Below, in pieces: positions 40,365-50,881 of a stretch of 64,000 bases of DNA; the first letter of the stretch is position 1, and each line of letters opens with the position of its first letter. The notes under the pieces are model-generated. The model saw only the letters and a list, made by a program, of their open reading frames with translations, did not search any database and was not told where the DNA came from. The stretch is taken from sequence record DRR723986_3008; one strand, given 5' to 3'. The translations under genes were made by a program, and so were the position numbers.

Positions 40365-41612
40365 TTAGCTCGGCGAACGGCTTGCCGCCGTCTTTGCTTC
40401 TGCTTTCTGTCGGGGTATTTTAATAGTAATGCCCAGCCCGGTCGGTTCTAAATTTTCAAGGCTAAATTCATGGTCATCACCGTATATTTGTAATAGCCGC
40501 TCTCTTGTATTGGCAATACCCACGCCCGAACCAGATTGACTTACAAGATGGTGAATATCATCTACGCCGGGGCCTGAATCGTTCAAGGCTAAAACCAACC
40601 GTGACCCCACCACTTTGGCACATACTGTTATAGTACCGCCGTCAATAGATGGAGCAACCGCGTATTTAATCGCGTTTTCGATAAGCGGCTGCAAAATAAG
40701 ACTGGGCACCAATGCTGACTTGGCTTTTTCATCAATATCAAAATCCACGGTTAGTCGGTCCTGAAAACGTACTTTTTCAATGTCCAGATAAAGACCCAAG
40801 GCATACAATTCCTTGTCCAGACTGATACGCTGCGTCGGTTGGTTAACAAGTGTATAGCGCAAAAAGCTAGACAGTTTCGTCAGCATCTTGTTGGCGTCTT
40901 CTTCTGACTTATCAAGAACAAGCGTGGAAATGGCATTGAGCGTATTAAACAGAAAATGCGGGTTAAGCTGATAGCGCAGCATTTTTAATTGCGCTTGGTG
41001 CGCCATCGCTGTTGCTTTAAGTACCTGGGCTTTTTGGTCTTGTAAGCCAGTATAAAAATGATAGCCAAAGTAAATGGCCGACCAGGCAAATAGCACAGTC
41101 GCTTCAAACATTGCATTGCCAAAAAACTGAAGCCCGACAGCCCTGGGAGTACCCGGCAAAAGAACAGGGGCAAGTGAGACTTCAAGTGAAGAGAATAATA
41201 AGCCAAAAGCTGCACACAAAAAAACGACCATAATTAACAATAACGGTGGTGGTTTATCACGAATGATCCGGTAAACATGCCTAAGTATAATCGTCATTGA
41301 TACACCGATGAAAGCAGCGGCCAAAATTAACACTAGGTAATAAGGAAAAGGCTGTTGAGTGGTGATACCCTGAAATGCCCGCACAAGAAAGTAGCCTGTC
41401 CAGCCAAAAAGCTGAAAAGACCAAAAGGTTGCTTCTTTAGTGCCAAATAAGCGGTTCAGTACAGACATGTCTTTTGCACGAATCTCTTTAGCTGTTCCGG
41501 TAATGCCAGCATGAAATGCTTGCCGCCGAAAATTACGTCCCTTGCTATCATGAGGGGTATTATGAAGCCGATCTGCGCCTGAGCCAATAGTGTTTGTTTT
41601 TTTGATGCTCAT
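40365..41612 (-). CDS. LytS/YehU-type sensor histidine kinase
   Basis: Four TM helices, QLNPHFLFNTLN, LQPLIENAIKY, GVGIANTRERL; true start may be 41468. Confidence 0.93.
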   Translation of the reverse strand: MSIKKTNTIGSGADRLHNTPHDSKGRNFRRQAFHAGITGTAKEIRAKDMSVLNRLFGTKEATFWSFQLFGWTGYFLVRAFQGITTQQPFPYYLVLILAAAFIGVSMTIILRHVYRIIRDKPPPLLLIMVVFLCAAFGLLFSSLEVSLAPVLLPGTPRAVGLQFFGNAMFEATVLFAWSAIYFGYHFYTGLQDQKAQVLKATAMAHQAQLKMLRYQLNPHFLFNTLNAISTLVLDKSEEDANKMLTKLSSFLRYTLVNQPTQRISLDKELYALGLYLDIEKVRFQDRLTVDFDIDEKAKSALVPSLILQPLIENAIKYAVAPSIDGGTITVCAKVVGSRLVLALNDSGPGVDDIHHLVSQSGSGVGIANTRERLLQIYGDDHEFSLENLEPTGLGITIKIPRQKAEAKTAASRSPS

Positions 41613-41664
41613 ATAGTTTTATTCAATGGCCATAACAGCGGTGACTAATGACCAAACAACTTGT

Positions 41665-42762
41665 CTACCGGCTGGTTTCTATGCCGTCAAACTGCACAGC
41701 TTGGCCTGGGCGCAAGCGTTCTCCACCACGAATGACAACTCTGTCGCCACTTTCAATGCCGCCTAATATCGCTACGCGTGCACCGCTAGCAGCGCCTGTA
41801 CGAACCAACAACCGCTCGGCAGTGTTATCGCCTTTAATCCTAAAAACATACGTACCTTCACTACGAAGGACCAAAGCGTCACGCGGTACTGCCACAACCT
41901 CAGCTGGCGCACTCGCTGGCACCCCAATCTGAAGCGCAGTTCCCACAACATAATTTGAACCCGCCGGAACATGCACCCGAATTGCCATTGTTCGGCTAAC
42001 GGTATCGCCGACCGGCACGAGAGCCCTGATGGAGCTATCGCTTGTCTCCTCGCCCTTACGCAGCAAAACAGATAGCCCATCGCGCAATACAGCCGCCAAA
42101 TTCACCGGCGCTTGCGCCTGTATTTCCAGGTTTTCGGTATCCACTAGACGAACAATTTGCCTACCTGGCACCGAATATTCACCCGCTTGAGCTAGCCTTT
42201 CAACAATTCTGCCCGGAAACGGCGCGCGCACTTTGGTTCGGTCCAAGTCTATTTCAGACTGCTGTAGGGCAATACGAGCCTGCGCCAATTCCTGCTCTGT
42301 CATTAACAAAGTACTTTGGGCTTCTTCAACGCGGCTTGCCGGCACATTATTGGTTTCAGCCAGTTCTTTCAATCTCGCAAGATCGGTTTCAAGATATTTG
42401 ATGCGCGCCTCTAGCCGCAATATTTGCGACTGATTACGACCCATTGCCAAGCGATGATTTCGGTTGTCTATTTCCGCAATAATGTCACCCTTTTTAACAA
42501 GAGTTCCCTCCGTTGCAACCCACGTGACCTGACCCGTAATCTGTGCAGAAATGCGGCTATCATTTTTGCTGACTACCGTTCCCGGCATGAACACCTGCGG
42601 CGCCATAAGCTCAGCACTTGCTTGCGCCACTTCAACGCGGGCTGGCGGTGGTTGTTGTGCTGATACGCTTGTACCAACCGCAAAAATGGCGGCTACTGCG
42701 ACCATTACAAGCTTCGGCCTTACTCTGCGGCGGCTTTTCTCAAGGTTAATAAATTTAGTCAT
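41665..42762 (-). CDS. RND efflux periplasmic adaptor (MFP)
   Basis: Lipoyl halves, alpha-hairpin, VRAPFPG, VPRDAL. Confidence 0.93.
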   Translation of the reverse strand: MTKFINLEKSRRRVRPKLVMVAVAAIFAVGTSVSAQQPPPARVEVAQASAELMAPQVFMPGTVVSKNDSRISAQITGQVTWVATEGTLVKKGDIIAEIDNRNHRLAMGRNQSQILRLEARIKYLETDLARLKELAETNNVPASRVEEAQSTLLMTEQELAQARIALQQSEIDLDRTKVRAPFPGRIVERLAQAGEYSVPGRQIVRLVDTENLEIQAQAPVNLAAVLRDGLSVLLRKGEETSDSSIRALVPVGDTVSRTMAIRVHVPAGSNYVVGTALQIGVPASAPAEVVAVPRDALVLRSEGTYVFRIKGDNTAERLLVRTGAASGARVAILGGIESGDRVVIRGGERLRPGQAVQFDGIETSR

Positions 42763-42794
42763 GATGTATTCTCGCTTGTCTGTTTTTATAATTT

Positions 42795-45700
42795 TTATTC
42801 TGCAGGGTGCAGTATTTGCGTGTTTTTGCGGTTAAAAATACGTCTTAAAGCACCGTCTTCATCTAACCGAAGTAATGCTGGCAGCATCACCAATGTGAAT
42901 AGAGTGGAGACACACATACCGCCTACAATGGTTGTCGCCATACCGCGGTATATGTCGCTACCGGCACCGGGAAACAGCACCAACGGCAACATGCCCATAA
43001 TACTGGTTAACGTGCTCATAAAAATTGGCCTTAACCTAAGCGCCAATGCCCGCTCAACCGCCTGCTGACGGCTGAGGCCTTCGGCCTCGCCCGCGCGGGT
43101 TTGCGCTACAAGCAAAATGGCGTTGTTCACAACCAAGCCCAGCAAAATAATGAAGCCGATCATGGTCAAAAGGTCGAGCGGTGTGAAAGCAAAGATGTTA
43201 AGCACATTAAGAGCAAGCACGCCACCAACCGTGGCTAAAGGAATGGTGATAACAACAAATAAGGCGTCTTTGGTTGACCGGAACAGGCCAGCCAAAATCA
43301 TAAAGAGCAGGCCCAAAGCCAACACAAAGTTCATCGACAGTGACGATACCGCTCGGTCCAGTGCATCGGCGCTGCCGCCGTATGAGATACTGGCGTCGCT
43401 TGGTAGTAATGGCTTTATCTTAGGCTCTACCTGCTGTTTTAGAACGGCCACCATATCATCAAGCGCCATATCGTCCGGCTGGCTAATGTTAAAAGTAACT
43501 GTTCGTTTGCCATCAACCCGCTGAACAAATGTGGGGCCAACACTTCTTTCAAAAGCAACCAAATCGCCAAGCGCAACTGTACCCCCTAGCGGCGTTGCGA
43601 CCGGTACACCGCTCAATAGCTCGGGGTCAGACCACCCTTGTGATCGCAGAACCATATCTACGCGGCGTTCGCCGTCAAAATGCTCACCAAGCCAGAGGCC
43701 ATCACCCAATGCCCTAACAATACGGGCAATATCACCCCGCGTGTAGCCAACCTCAGCCAAACGACGATCATTAGGAATAATTTTTAACTCGGGTGCTATC
43801 ACATTAGGGTCAGGGTTGGGCTGAGCGCGTGCACCCGGCAAAGCTTCCGCTATAAAGCCCATTGTCTGGCGTGTTACATCTTTTAAACCATCCAAGTCAC
43901 GGGAATGAACATTTAATTGAACTGACCCCGCCCCGCCAAAGCCACCAAACAAGTTGCCTTGTTGGGCAAAAGCAAAAACATCAGGGAAGTCAGCAAGAAT
44001 TTCTTCATTGACGATTTTTTCAAGCTCTTTAACCCGGCCTTGGTCTTTGGCACGCACACCTATGTTACCACCCTGACCGTTAGGGAAACTGATGAAATAA
44101 TAGTTCTTCAAGGCGGGTTCTTTTTCGCCGGTTAAATAGGGCTCCAAACGTTCAACAATCACTGAAGCAATTTCATTATCAACCGTGTCGAGGTTTGCAC
44201 CAGACGGGAACATCATAAAAGCGTCCACCGCATCGCGCTTGACAGGCGGCAAATAATTCAAGTTTGGCAACATGAACCAACTCAAACCCAACGCCGCCGA
44301 AACCAAACCGCCTATAACAGCGTAACGACGGACAGGTGTGCCGGTTAACGTCATCAGTTTACTGGCGGTTTTGCGCGCACGTGCGCCAGCGCCCTCATTG
44401 GCAGGTAGTTTTTTCAGCCAATGCTCCGCCGCAACCGGTAGTACTGTTACCGCCACTACCAACGAGATAGCAACGCCAACAGCAATGGTAATGGCAAGGT
44501 CTGCAAACAGCTGCCCCTCTGCATCTTTCAAGAATAATATCGGCACAAAAATAGCCACTGTTGTAATCGTGGAGGCAAGTAAGGCACCCCATACCTGCTG
44601 AGCACCCAGCAAGGAGGCGATTGACGCTTTCTCGCCGCGCTCCCTAAGCCGAACAATATTTTCCAACACTACAATAGCCGCATCAAGAACCATCCCGGTG
44701 GCAAAGGCCATACCTGCCAGCGAGATAACATTCACAGACCGACCAAATAATGCGAGCATAATAACGGTTGTGAGCAAGCAAATTGGAATTGTCAGCGCGA
44801 TAAGAATTGTTGCCCTAATTTGCCGCAAGAACCACCAAAGAACAGCGACGGCAAGAATAACCCCAATAAGCAGATTGGTGGTGAGCAAACTGATGGCCCT
44901 TTTAATGAAAATTGAAGGGTCAAAAGACTTTTCAATGGCAATGCCTTGCTCGGCCAAAATACCGGCGTTCATCTCATCAACAACCGCCGTCAAACGGTCA
45001 ATGGTTGCCAACACATTTGCGTCGGACGTTTTGATAATAGGCATGCCAACCGCCGGGTTGCCGTTCTGGTAAACAACCTGCTGGGCATCTGGCGGCCCCA
45101 TGGAAATAGTCGCTATATCACCTAATGTGACCGGGCTGCCTTCACGCCATTGCAAAATTAAGGACCGAAGCTCTTCGGGTTCATAGCGCCCTTGAAAGTT
45201 TAATAAATATCGCCGACGGCCTACATCCATATAGCCACCTGAACTGTCAACGGTGCGGCCAACACGCTGCGCGATATTGTTTAAATTCACCCCCAATTCA
45301 GCAGCCCGAATGGGGTCAAACTCTATTAAAAGCTGCTCACCGGTTGCCGCATTTATCTGTACATCAGCAACACCTTCTACGGCTTCCAGCCTCGGCACCA
45401 CATTGTCTTCAATGAAGGCCGCATACTCTTCTGGTGCCAAAACGCTATTTTCCCGGAACTGCGTGAAAAGATAGATAAGCGTTTCACCGCGCGGATCACC
45501 GCCGTTCATCACAATTTGAGGGCGGTCAGCGTCAGCAGGCAGGGGCGGCAAGCGGTTAAGGCGGCTAATTACCTCAAGAAGGGTGCGGTCCATATCAGCC
45601 TCAAGGGCAAACTCCATCGACACCCAGCCAAAGCTTGGGTTTGAGAACGTGCGAAGCTCCTCAAGCCCCGGCATGCCCTGCATGACTTCTTCAATGGGCT

Positions 45701-45893
45701 CAACAATTTCAGATTCGATTTCTGTGGGGCTAGCGGCACGCCAAAAAGTTTGCACCGCAAGCTGTGGCCGTTCAATTGCTGGAAATAGCTGAACCGGCAG
45801 TTTGGTGAGCATCACCACGCCCAATACCAATGCCATTGCGGCCACCACGATAACTGCTGCCGGATTTTTTAGGCTTTTTTCAGTTAATTTCAT
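42795..45893 (-). CDS. RND efflux permease (AcrB/AcrD/AcrF superfamily)
   Basis: About 1030 aa, GMVLDAAIVVLEN, GLVVNNAILLV, RLRPIFMSTLTS; start 45893 or 45902. Confidence 0.95.
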   Translation of the reverse strand: MKLTEKSLKNPAAVIVVAAMALVLGVVMLTKLPVQLFPAIERPQLAVQTFWRAASPTEIESEIVEPIEEVMQGMPGLEELRTFSNPSFGWVSMEFALEADMDRTLLEVISRLNRLPPLPADADRPQIVMNGGDPRGETLIYLFTQFRENSVLAPEEYAAFIEDNVVPRLEAVEGVADVQINAATGEQLLIEFDPIRAAELGVNLNNIAQRVGRTVDSSGGYMDVGRRRYLLNFQGRYEPEELRSLILQWREGSPVTLGDIATISMGPPDAQQVVYQNGNPAVGMPIIKTSDANVLATIDRLTAVVDEMNAGILAEQGIAIEKSFDPSIFIKRAISLLTTNLLIGVILAVAVLWWFLRQIRATILIALTIPICLLTTVIMLALFGRSVNVISLAGMAFATGMVLDAAIVVLENIVRLRERGEKASIASLLGAQQVWGALLASTITTVAIFVPILFLKDAEGQLFADLAITIAVGVAISLVVAVTVLPVAAEHWLKKLPANEGAGARARKTASKLMTLTGTPVRRYAVIGGLVSAALGLSWFMLPNLNYLPPVKRDAVDAFMMFPSGANLDTVDNEIASVIVERLEPYLTGEKEPALKNYYFISFPNGQGGNIGVRAKDQGRVKELEKIVNEEILADFPDVFAFAQQGNLFGGFGGAGSVQLNVHSRDLDGLKDVTRQTMGFIAEALPGARAQPNPDPNVIAPELKIIPNDRRLAEVGYTRGDIARIVRALGDGLWLGEHFDGERRVDMVLRSQGWSDPELLSGVPVATPLGGTVALGDLVAFERSVGPTFVQRVDGKRTVTFNISQPDDMALDDMVAVLKQQVEPKIKPLLPSDASISYGGSADALDRAVSSLSMNFVLALGLLFMILAGLFRSTKDALFVVITIPLATVGGVLALNVLNIFAFTPLDLLTMIGFIILLGLVVNNAILLVAQTRAGEAEGLSRQQAVERALALRLRPIFMSTLTSIMGMLPLVLFPGAGSDIYRGMATTIVGGMCVSTLFTLVMLPALLRLDEDGALRRIFNRKNTQILHPAE

Positions 45894-46117
45894 CGAACCC
45901 ATTCCTCGCTGTTCGTAACAATGTAACGAAATGCGGTATGGGCCTTTACTAAAAGCCAGCAAACTTCAATGCGGTAAAAGGTGGGGCGGTTGAGACAAGA
46001 CGCGGTCAATTATCACTAAAAATAGCGCCCTATAACAATGGTTTATAACAAAATATATAGGGGTAACTCAGGTAAGCATACGGTCATTATAATGAGGTCT
46101 AAACACCCAAATTATAC

Positions 46118-46600
46118 TCATTTATTGGCGTCTGTTTTCGGGGTTTTCTCATACTCTTCAAAATCGCCAAGACTACAGCTGCCCCATGTTCTACCGAAAC
46201 TATCGAGAATAGTGATAATTTCGCCGCGACAAAGCGCACCAAAAGAATCAGCATATGCAAATCGTTCTTCGCGCATCAAACCACGGCATTCTGTGGGCAA
46301 GCGGTTCATATATCCTTTGCGGCCAATCGATTCAAAAAAGATGGTCTGATCATCAAGGATGGAAGATTGACGCAGGCTACGCATGGGCACACAGCTCTTA
46401 ACTTCACCGGTTGCTTTGAAGGCTTCCATAATACGTTTACGGCGTTTCTCACCGCGTTCTGCTAACCTGCCTTTTGGCTTAGCTTCTTGTGTTTCTTCTT
46501 TTGCAGGGTCTTTTCCCGTGTCTGCCTCTTGCGCAAGGGCGGTTGGAAGCGAAAAGGCAGCCGCTAAAACAAATACTGATAACAATCGCGGATAGGTCAC
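46118..46600 (-). CDS. Exported four-cysteine protein (DUF6491-like)
   Basis: Signal peptide after GTG 46600; CV...ILDDQTIFF...C.GL...LC.G...CSLGDF. Confidence 0.65.
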   Translation of the reverse strand: MTYPRLLSVFVLAAAFSLPTALAQEADTGKDPAKEETQEAKPKGRLAERGEKRRKRIMEAFKATGEVKSCVPMRSLRQSSILDDQTIFFESIGRKGYMNRLPTECRGLMREERFAYADSFGALCRGEIITILDSFGRTWGSCSLGDFEEYEKTPKTDANK

Positions 46601-46710
46601 ATCATTTCCCGTGTTTAATGTCCATGCTGCAGGGTGTAGCCCATATTTTATGAACGAACGCTGAACAGTAAACGAGGCTGCCTTGGCCTTGTTTTCGAGA
46701 TGACTGCCGT

Positions 46711-47217
46711 TCATAGCGTCTCTAATTCTCTTTGCATTAATGTGCGTAAATACGCGCCTAAGTTTGCCAAAACAATCTGCTCTGTTTTACCCATTTTGCT
46801 CAGTGTATCATCGAACGCTAAACCGTGCACTTGCGCTATTTGCAGTAAATAGGCGACAAAAGCATCTGCCCTAGCCCGGATCATCCAGATAAATGCGCCG
46901 TGCGGCACCGCCTGATTTACACATTCGCTGCGATAAGCCTGCACCAAATGCGGTATTAAGGTATCGCCGATATGGCGAAGACCAATACAAAAAGCTTCAA
47001 ACGGCGGAATTGGTTCACCGTCGCTATCATCGCTTTCTTGCTGACACGAAGCCACTCGCTCAAGCTCTCGCACCATAGTATCCAATTCGCGGTCCAGCCT
47101 TTCCGCCAATGCATCGCTCACTTTTTGCTCTGCAGGCGACAGGACAACGCGGCCAGAGGCTTCCATACTTTGCAAGCTGGCACTGATAAAATCGATTATT
47201 GTTGCCTGTTCAGGCAT
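46711..47217 (-). CDS. Hypothetical helical protein
   Basis: 168 aa, strong AGGAGG RBS before ATG 47217; no recognised motif. Confidence 0.65.
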   Translation of the reverse strand: MPEQATIIDFISASLQSMEASGRVVLSPAEQKVSDALAERLDRELDTMVRELERVASCQQESDDSDGEPIPPFEAFCIGLRHIGDTLIPHLVQAYRSECVNQAVPHGAFIWMIRARADAFVAYLLQIAQVHGLAFDDTLSKMGKTEQIVLANLGAYLRTLMQRELETL

Positions 47218-47371
47218 TACCCCTCCTGTGAGCCTGTCAAAAAACCCACGCATTTATGCAAACTTTTACACAGCCGTAACCTTACCGCACCAAATTTTTA
47301 GTCCAAGTGAAATATCAGCGCGTAAAGATAACCAACAACAATCAAATCACTCATGTTTCAGGACAAAACGA

Positions 47372-48142
47372 ATGTTTGACCTTTATGTATCATCCGCAAC
47401 TGTATTGGGTAGCGTCCTTCTGGCCCTCTGGATCTTGAGCATAGTGATTGGACGCGTTAGTTTTATTGACGCATTCTGGGGTGTTGGGTTTGTTGTAGTG
47501 GCCTGGACCGCAGCCACAAGCCTGGTTGAAATAGGCCCAATGCAAACCGTTGTGTTGGCACTGGTTAGCCTATGGGGTTTGCGCCTTGGGATATATTTAT
47601 TACGGCGCTTCCTTAATCACGGCGAAGACAGTCGCTACATTAGCATGACCGAAGGAAAAACCGGCATATCGCGCCACATTTTCACACTATGGGTCGTGTT
47701 TGGCCTTCAAGGTGTTTTGATGCTTATCATCAGTGCGCCCGTTATCTCGGCGTTAGCACAAACCCCGGCAGAATTGGGTGTATTTACTTATGCAGGCATT
47801 GGCGTTTGGGCGGTTGGTGCTTTCTTTGAATGGATTGGTGACCTTCAACTATCCCGGTTTAAGGCAGACAGCGCAAATCAGGGCAAGGTTCTGGATACCG
47901 GCCTATGGGCCTGGACCCGCCACCCAAACTATTTTGGTGATGCTTGCGTGTGGTGGGGCATATGGCTGGTTGGCCATGACCTGACCGTTATTTTCGCGCC
48001 AATAGTCATGACATTCATCTTGATGAAATGGTCTGGCGTACCGATGCTGGAAAAAGAATTACCAAAACGCCGACCAGCCTATGCGGACTATATCAAGCAT
48101 ACCAGCAGCTTCTTTCCTCGCCCGCCTAAAAAGACCGCCTGA
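47372..48142 (+). CDS. DUF1295 membrane protein (steroid 5-alpha-reductase-like)
   Basis: IDAFWG, WGLRLG, EDSRY, GLWAWTRHPNYFG. Confidence 0.9.
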   Translation: MFDLYVSSATVLGSVLLALWILSIVIGRVSFIDAFWGVGFVVVAWTAATSLVEIGPMQTVVLALVSLWGLRLGIYLLRRFLNHGEDSRYISMTEGKTGISRHIFTLWVVFGLQGVLMLIISAPVISALAQTPAELGVFTYAGIGVWAVGAFFEWIGDLQLSRFKADSANQGKVLDTGLWAWTRHPNYFGDACVWWGIWLVGHDLTVIFAPIVMTFILMKWSGVPMLEKELPKRRPAYADYIKHTSSFFPRPPKKTA

Positions 48143-48161
48143 CAGAAACCAAGTCTGCAAC

Positions 48162-48192
48162 AAAAAAAGGCCCCGGAAGCCGGAGCCTTTTT
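48162..48192. terminator. Bidirectional intrinsic terminator
   Basis: A7-GGCCCCGG-AAG-CCGGAGCC-T5 between convergent genes. Confidence 0.8.
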
Positions 48193-48198
48193 ACTAGT

Positions 48199-50553
48199 TT
48201 AATTTTCGTAGGTCGTGCCCTCGCCCGCCTTTTGCATCAGGCTTTTAGCCTGTTTAGATTTGAATAGCTCAAGTCGGGTGCGTACAGGCTTGCGCGGCCA
48301 ATGATTATTCTCAAGGTCTGCATCTGCCGTTTCACGGTGCGGGTCCAGCGTAATGGATTTGATTTCCTTGTCGCTGGTCACCAGTTTAATCACACTGTTG
48401 GGGTTACGACGCCATAATTGCGCAGGCCACCGACGGGTTTCACTGGTACCGTCCGTATATTCAATATTCACAATCACTGGCATCACAAGACCGCCCACAT
48501 TGGAAAATTCCAAAAAGTAAAAATTCTCTTTTGTGTTCAGCAATTCTTTTTCCCAGTCTGCCAGACTTTCAACATATTTGGCATAGCGGTCACGGTCTGC
48601 GTCCGTAACCGTATAGCTATCATTATTATTGTAAAAGTCCTGCAGTTCAGGGCGTTCAAGAATACGCCGACGGTTGTCTGCATGGCGCTGCTGCACCATG
48701 GTTTTGCCCAGTTCCTCAGCGCGCTCGCGCTTATAGGCGGCCTCCACGTCCGGGTTTTTGGTGTTTACCGTTCCCCATGTCACGCGGTCCAAAGAAATGT
48801 CTACATGGTCGGTAGAATAAAACCAACCCCGCCAGAACCAATCAAGGTCGAAGCCGGATGCATCTTCCATGGTGCGGAAAAAATCAGACGGATAAGGCCG
48901 CTTGAACATCCAGCGCTGCGCATATTCCCTGAAGGCATGGTCAAACGCTTCACGCCCCATAATGGTTTCGCGCAAAATGTTAAAGGCAACAGATGGTTTC
49001 CTGTACGCATTTTGGCCAAATTGTATCAACGACTGTGGGTCTGTCATAACCGGCATTTGGTTTTTGCTGGTCATAAAGGGCACGATAGTTTCTGGCGACC
49101 CAATATTACCGGGCCAGCCTTCTTCCCACTCACGGTGTGCTAAACCTTGCAGGTATGTATTGAAACCTTCATCCATCCAGAACCAGTCGCGTTCCGGCGT
49201 GTTCACAATCATCGGGAAATAGTTATGCCCCACTTCATGGATAATAACGCCGATAAGGCCGTATTTGGTGCCGCGCGTATAGGTACGTTTGCCGGTTTCT
49301 TTGTCTTCGGTCGGCCGCGGCGGGTTAAAACTGATCATGGGGTATTCCATACCGCTTGTTGCAGAATTAACCGACTGCGCTACCGGGTATGGATAGGGGA
49401 AAGTATATTTCGAATAGACCTCAAGCGTATGCACAACCGCCTCAGTGGAATATTTATCCCATAACGGCATGCCTTCTTCAGGGTAGAATGACATGGCCAT
49501 AATGGTTCGGCCATCACTTTCCTGATGATAGCCCATGGCATCCCAGACAAATTTGCGCGAAGAGGCGAAAGCAAAATCGCGAACATTTTCTGCCTTAAAA
49601 TTCCATGTTACTTTTGCGGTTGAGCGCTCAGCCTGATTGGCCAATGCTTCGTCGCGGGTAACAATCATCACAGGGCGGTCAGCAGTGCGGGCTTCCTCCA
49701 GCCGCTCCCGTTGGGCGCGTGTAAGCACTTGCTGGCTATTCTGCAACTCGCCGGTTGCCGCGATGATATGATCATCAGGCACAGTGATCTCAACGTCGTA
49801 GGTGCCAAACTCGGTTTGGAACTCGCCTAGTCCGTAAAATGTGCGGTTATTCCATGCCTTGGCATCCGTGTAACCTGCCACGCGTGGATACCACTGGCCA
49901 AGGTTGTAAATTTTGTTACCGTCTTTCTCAAAATGGTGCCAGCCAGAACGCTTGATCGGAATTTTTTGCGACTCAATAATGTTGTATGACCAAGCAATAC
50001 CGAATGTAACACTACTGCCAGATTGCAATACCTGCGGCAGGTCAATGCGCATCATGGTGTCAACAACGGCATGCGGCAGTGGGGCACCCTTGTTATCGGT
50101 GACCGCGGATATTTTAAACCCACCATCAAACTCCTGACGGTATTTCTCGTGCCGCAGTGCCGAGAAAGACATGCGGGTTGTTGAATTGGTTGGCTGAGTT
50201 AGGTGGTCATCGGAATGTTTGGCGAAACGGTTTTGATCCAGCCGCACCCAGATATAATCAAGCGCATGCGGGGAGTTATTTTTGTAGGTGATGGTTTCAG
50301 AGCCTGTGATCGACTGATTATCATCATTCAACTCGACCTTGATTTTATAATCAGTCTGCTGCTGCCAGTAACCGGGGCCAGGCTTGCCGGAGGCAATGCG
50401 CTGGTCATTGGGTGTTGCCAAGGCTTCATCAAGTTGGCGAAACTTATCTTCATGGTGTGGCTGCTTTGATTGCTTTATTTGTGCGCTTGCAGGACTTGCT
50501 ATTAACAATACACTCGCGACAACAATCGCAATCGCTTTAAATTGATTAATCAT
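48199..50553 (-). CDS. Secreted M1 family zinc aminopeptidase
   Basis: GMEYP, HEVGH...WMDEG (HExxH-x18-E), signal peptide after ATG 50553. Confidence 0.93.
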   Translation of the reverse strand: MINQFKAIAIVVASVLLIASPASAQIKQSKQPHHEDKFRQLDEALATPNDQRIASGKPGPGYWQQQTDYKIKVELNDDNQSITGSETITYKNNSPHALDYIWVRLDQNRFAKHSDDHLTQPTNSTTRMSFSALRHEKYRQEFDGGFKISAVTDNKGAPLPHAVVDTMMRIDLPQVLQSGSSVTFGIAWSYNIIESQKIPIKRSGWHHFEKDGNKIYNLGQWYPRVAGYTDAKAWNNRTFYGLGEFQTEFGTYDVEITVPDDHIIAATGELQNSQQVLTRAQRERLEEARTADRPVMIVTRDEALANQAERSTAKVTWNFKAENVRDFAFASSRKFVWDAMGYHQESDGRTIMAMSFYPEEGMPLWDKYSTEAVVHTLEVYSKYTFPYPYPVAQSVNSATSGMEYPMISFNPPRPTEDKETGKRTYTRGTKYGLIGVIIHEVGHNYFPMIVNTPERDWFWMDEGFNTYLQGLAHREWEEGWPGNIGSPETIVPFMTSKNQMPVMTDPQSLIQFGQNAYRKPSVAFNILRETIMGREAFDHAFREYAQRWMFKRPYPSDFFRTMEDASGFDLDWFWRGWFYSTDHVDISLDRVTWGTVNTKNPDVEAAYKRERAEELGKTMVQQRHADNRRRILERPELQDFYNNNDSYTVTDADRDRYAKYVESLADWEKELLNTKENFYFLEFSNVGGLVMPVIVNIEYTDGTSETRRWPAQLWRRNPNSVIKLVTSDKEIKSITLDPHRETADADLENNHWPRKPVRTRLELFKSKQAKSLMQKAGEGTTYEN

Positions 50554-50881
50554 ATGACGATCCCTTTTAGGCGTGTCACCCAGAAATGTTTCACTCGGCA
50601 CTGTTTTGCGGCAATATCGCTACGCCCAGCCTACTTGCCCAAACCTAAAAACACCGACAGAGTAATAAGGGCTGTGCCGCAAACGTCGCAAAGATAGCCG
50701 CTGGTGGATAGTTTGGCAATCACCGGCAAAAAGTTAGCAAAAATCACTATTTTCCCGACAAAATTCTGAAATTATTGCTGAATTCCCACATCTTTTTGAT
50801 GGTTATTTATAACTAAAGTGTTAGTATTTTTAATATTGATTATTAATTGCAAATATGTTTATCATCATTTGCAAGCGTTAA

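Noticed and set aside
42795-45893. RND proton-relay changes (DA for DD, N for K) as a sign of inactivation
   Set aside because: Such variants are common in non-AcrB RND subfamilies and the frame is intact.
45930-46010. Four GCGGT pentamers upstream of the RND gene as LytTR sites
   Set aside because: Spacings of 38, 15 and 16 nt do not fit the roughly 21-bp period of LytTR direct repeats.
48418-49143. 241-aa plus-strand ORF
   Set aside because: Antisense shadow of the M1 peptidase.
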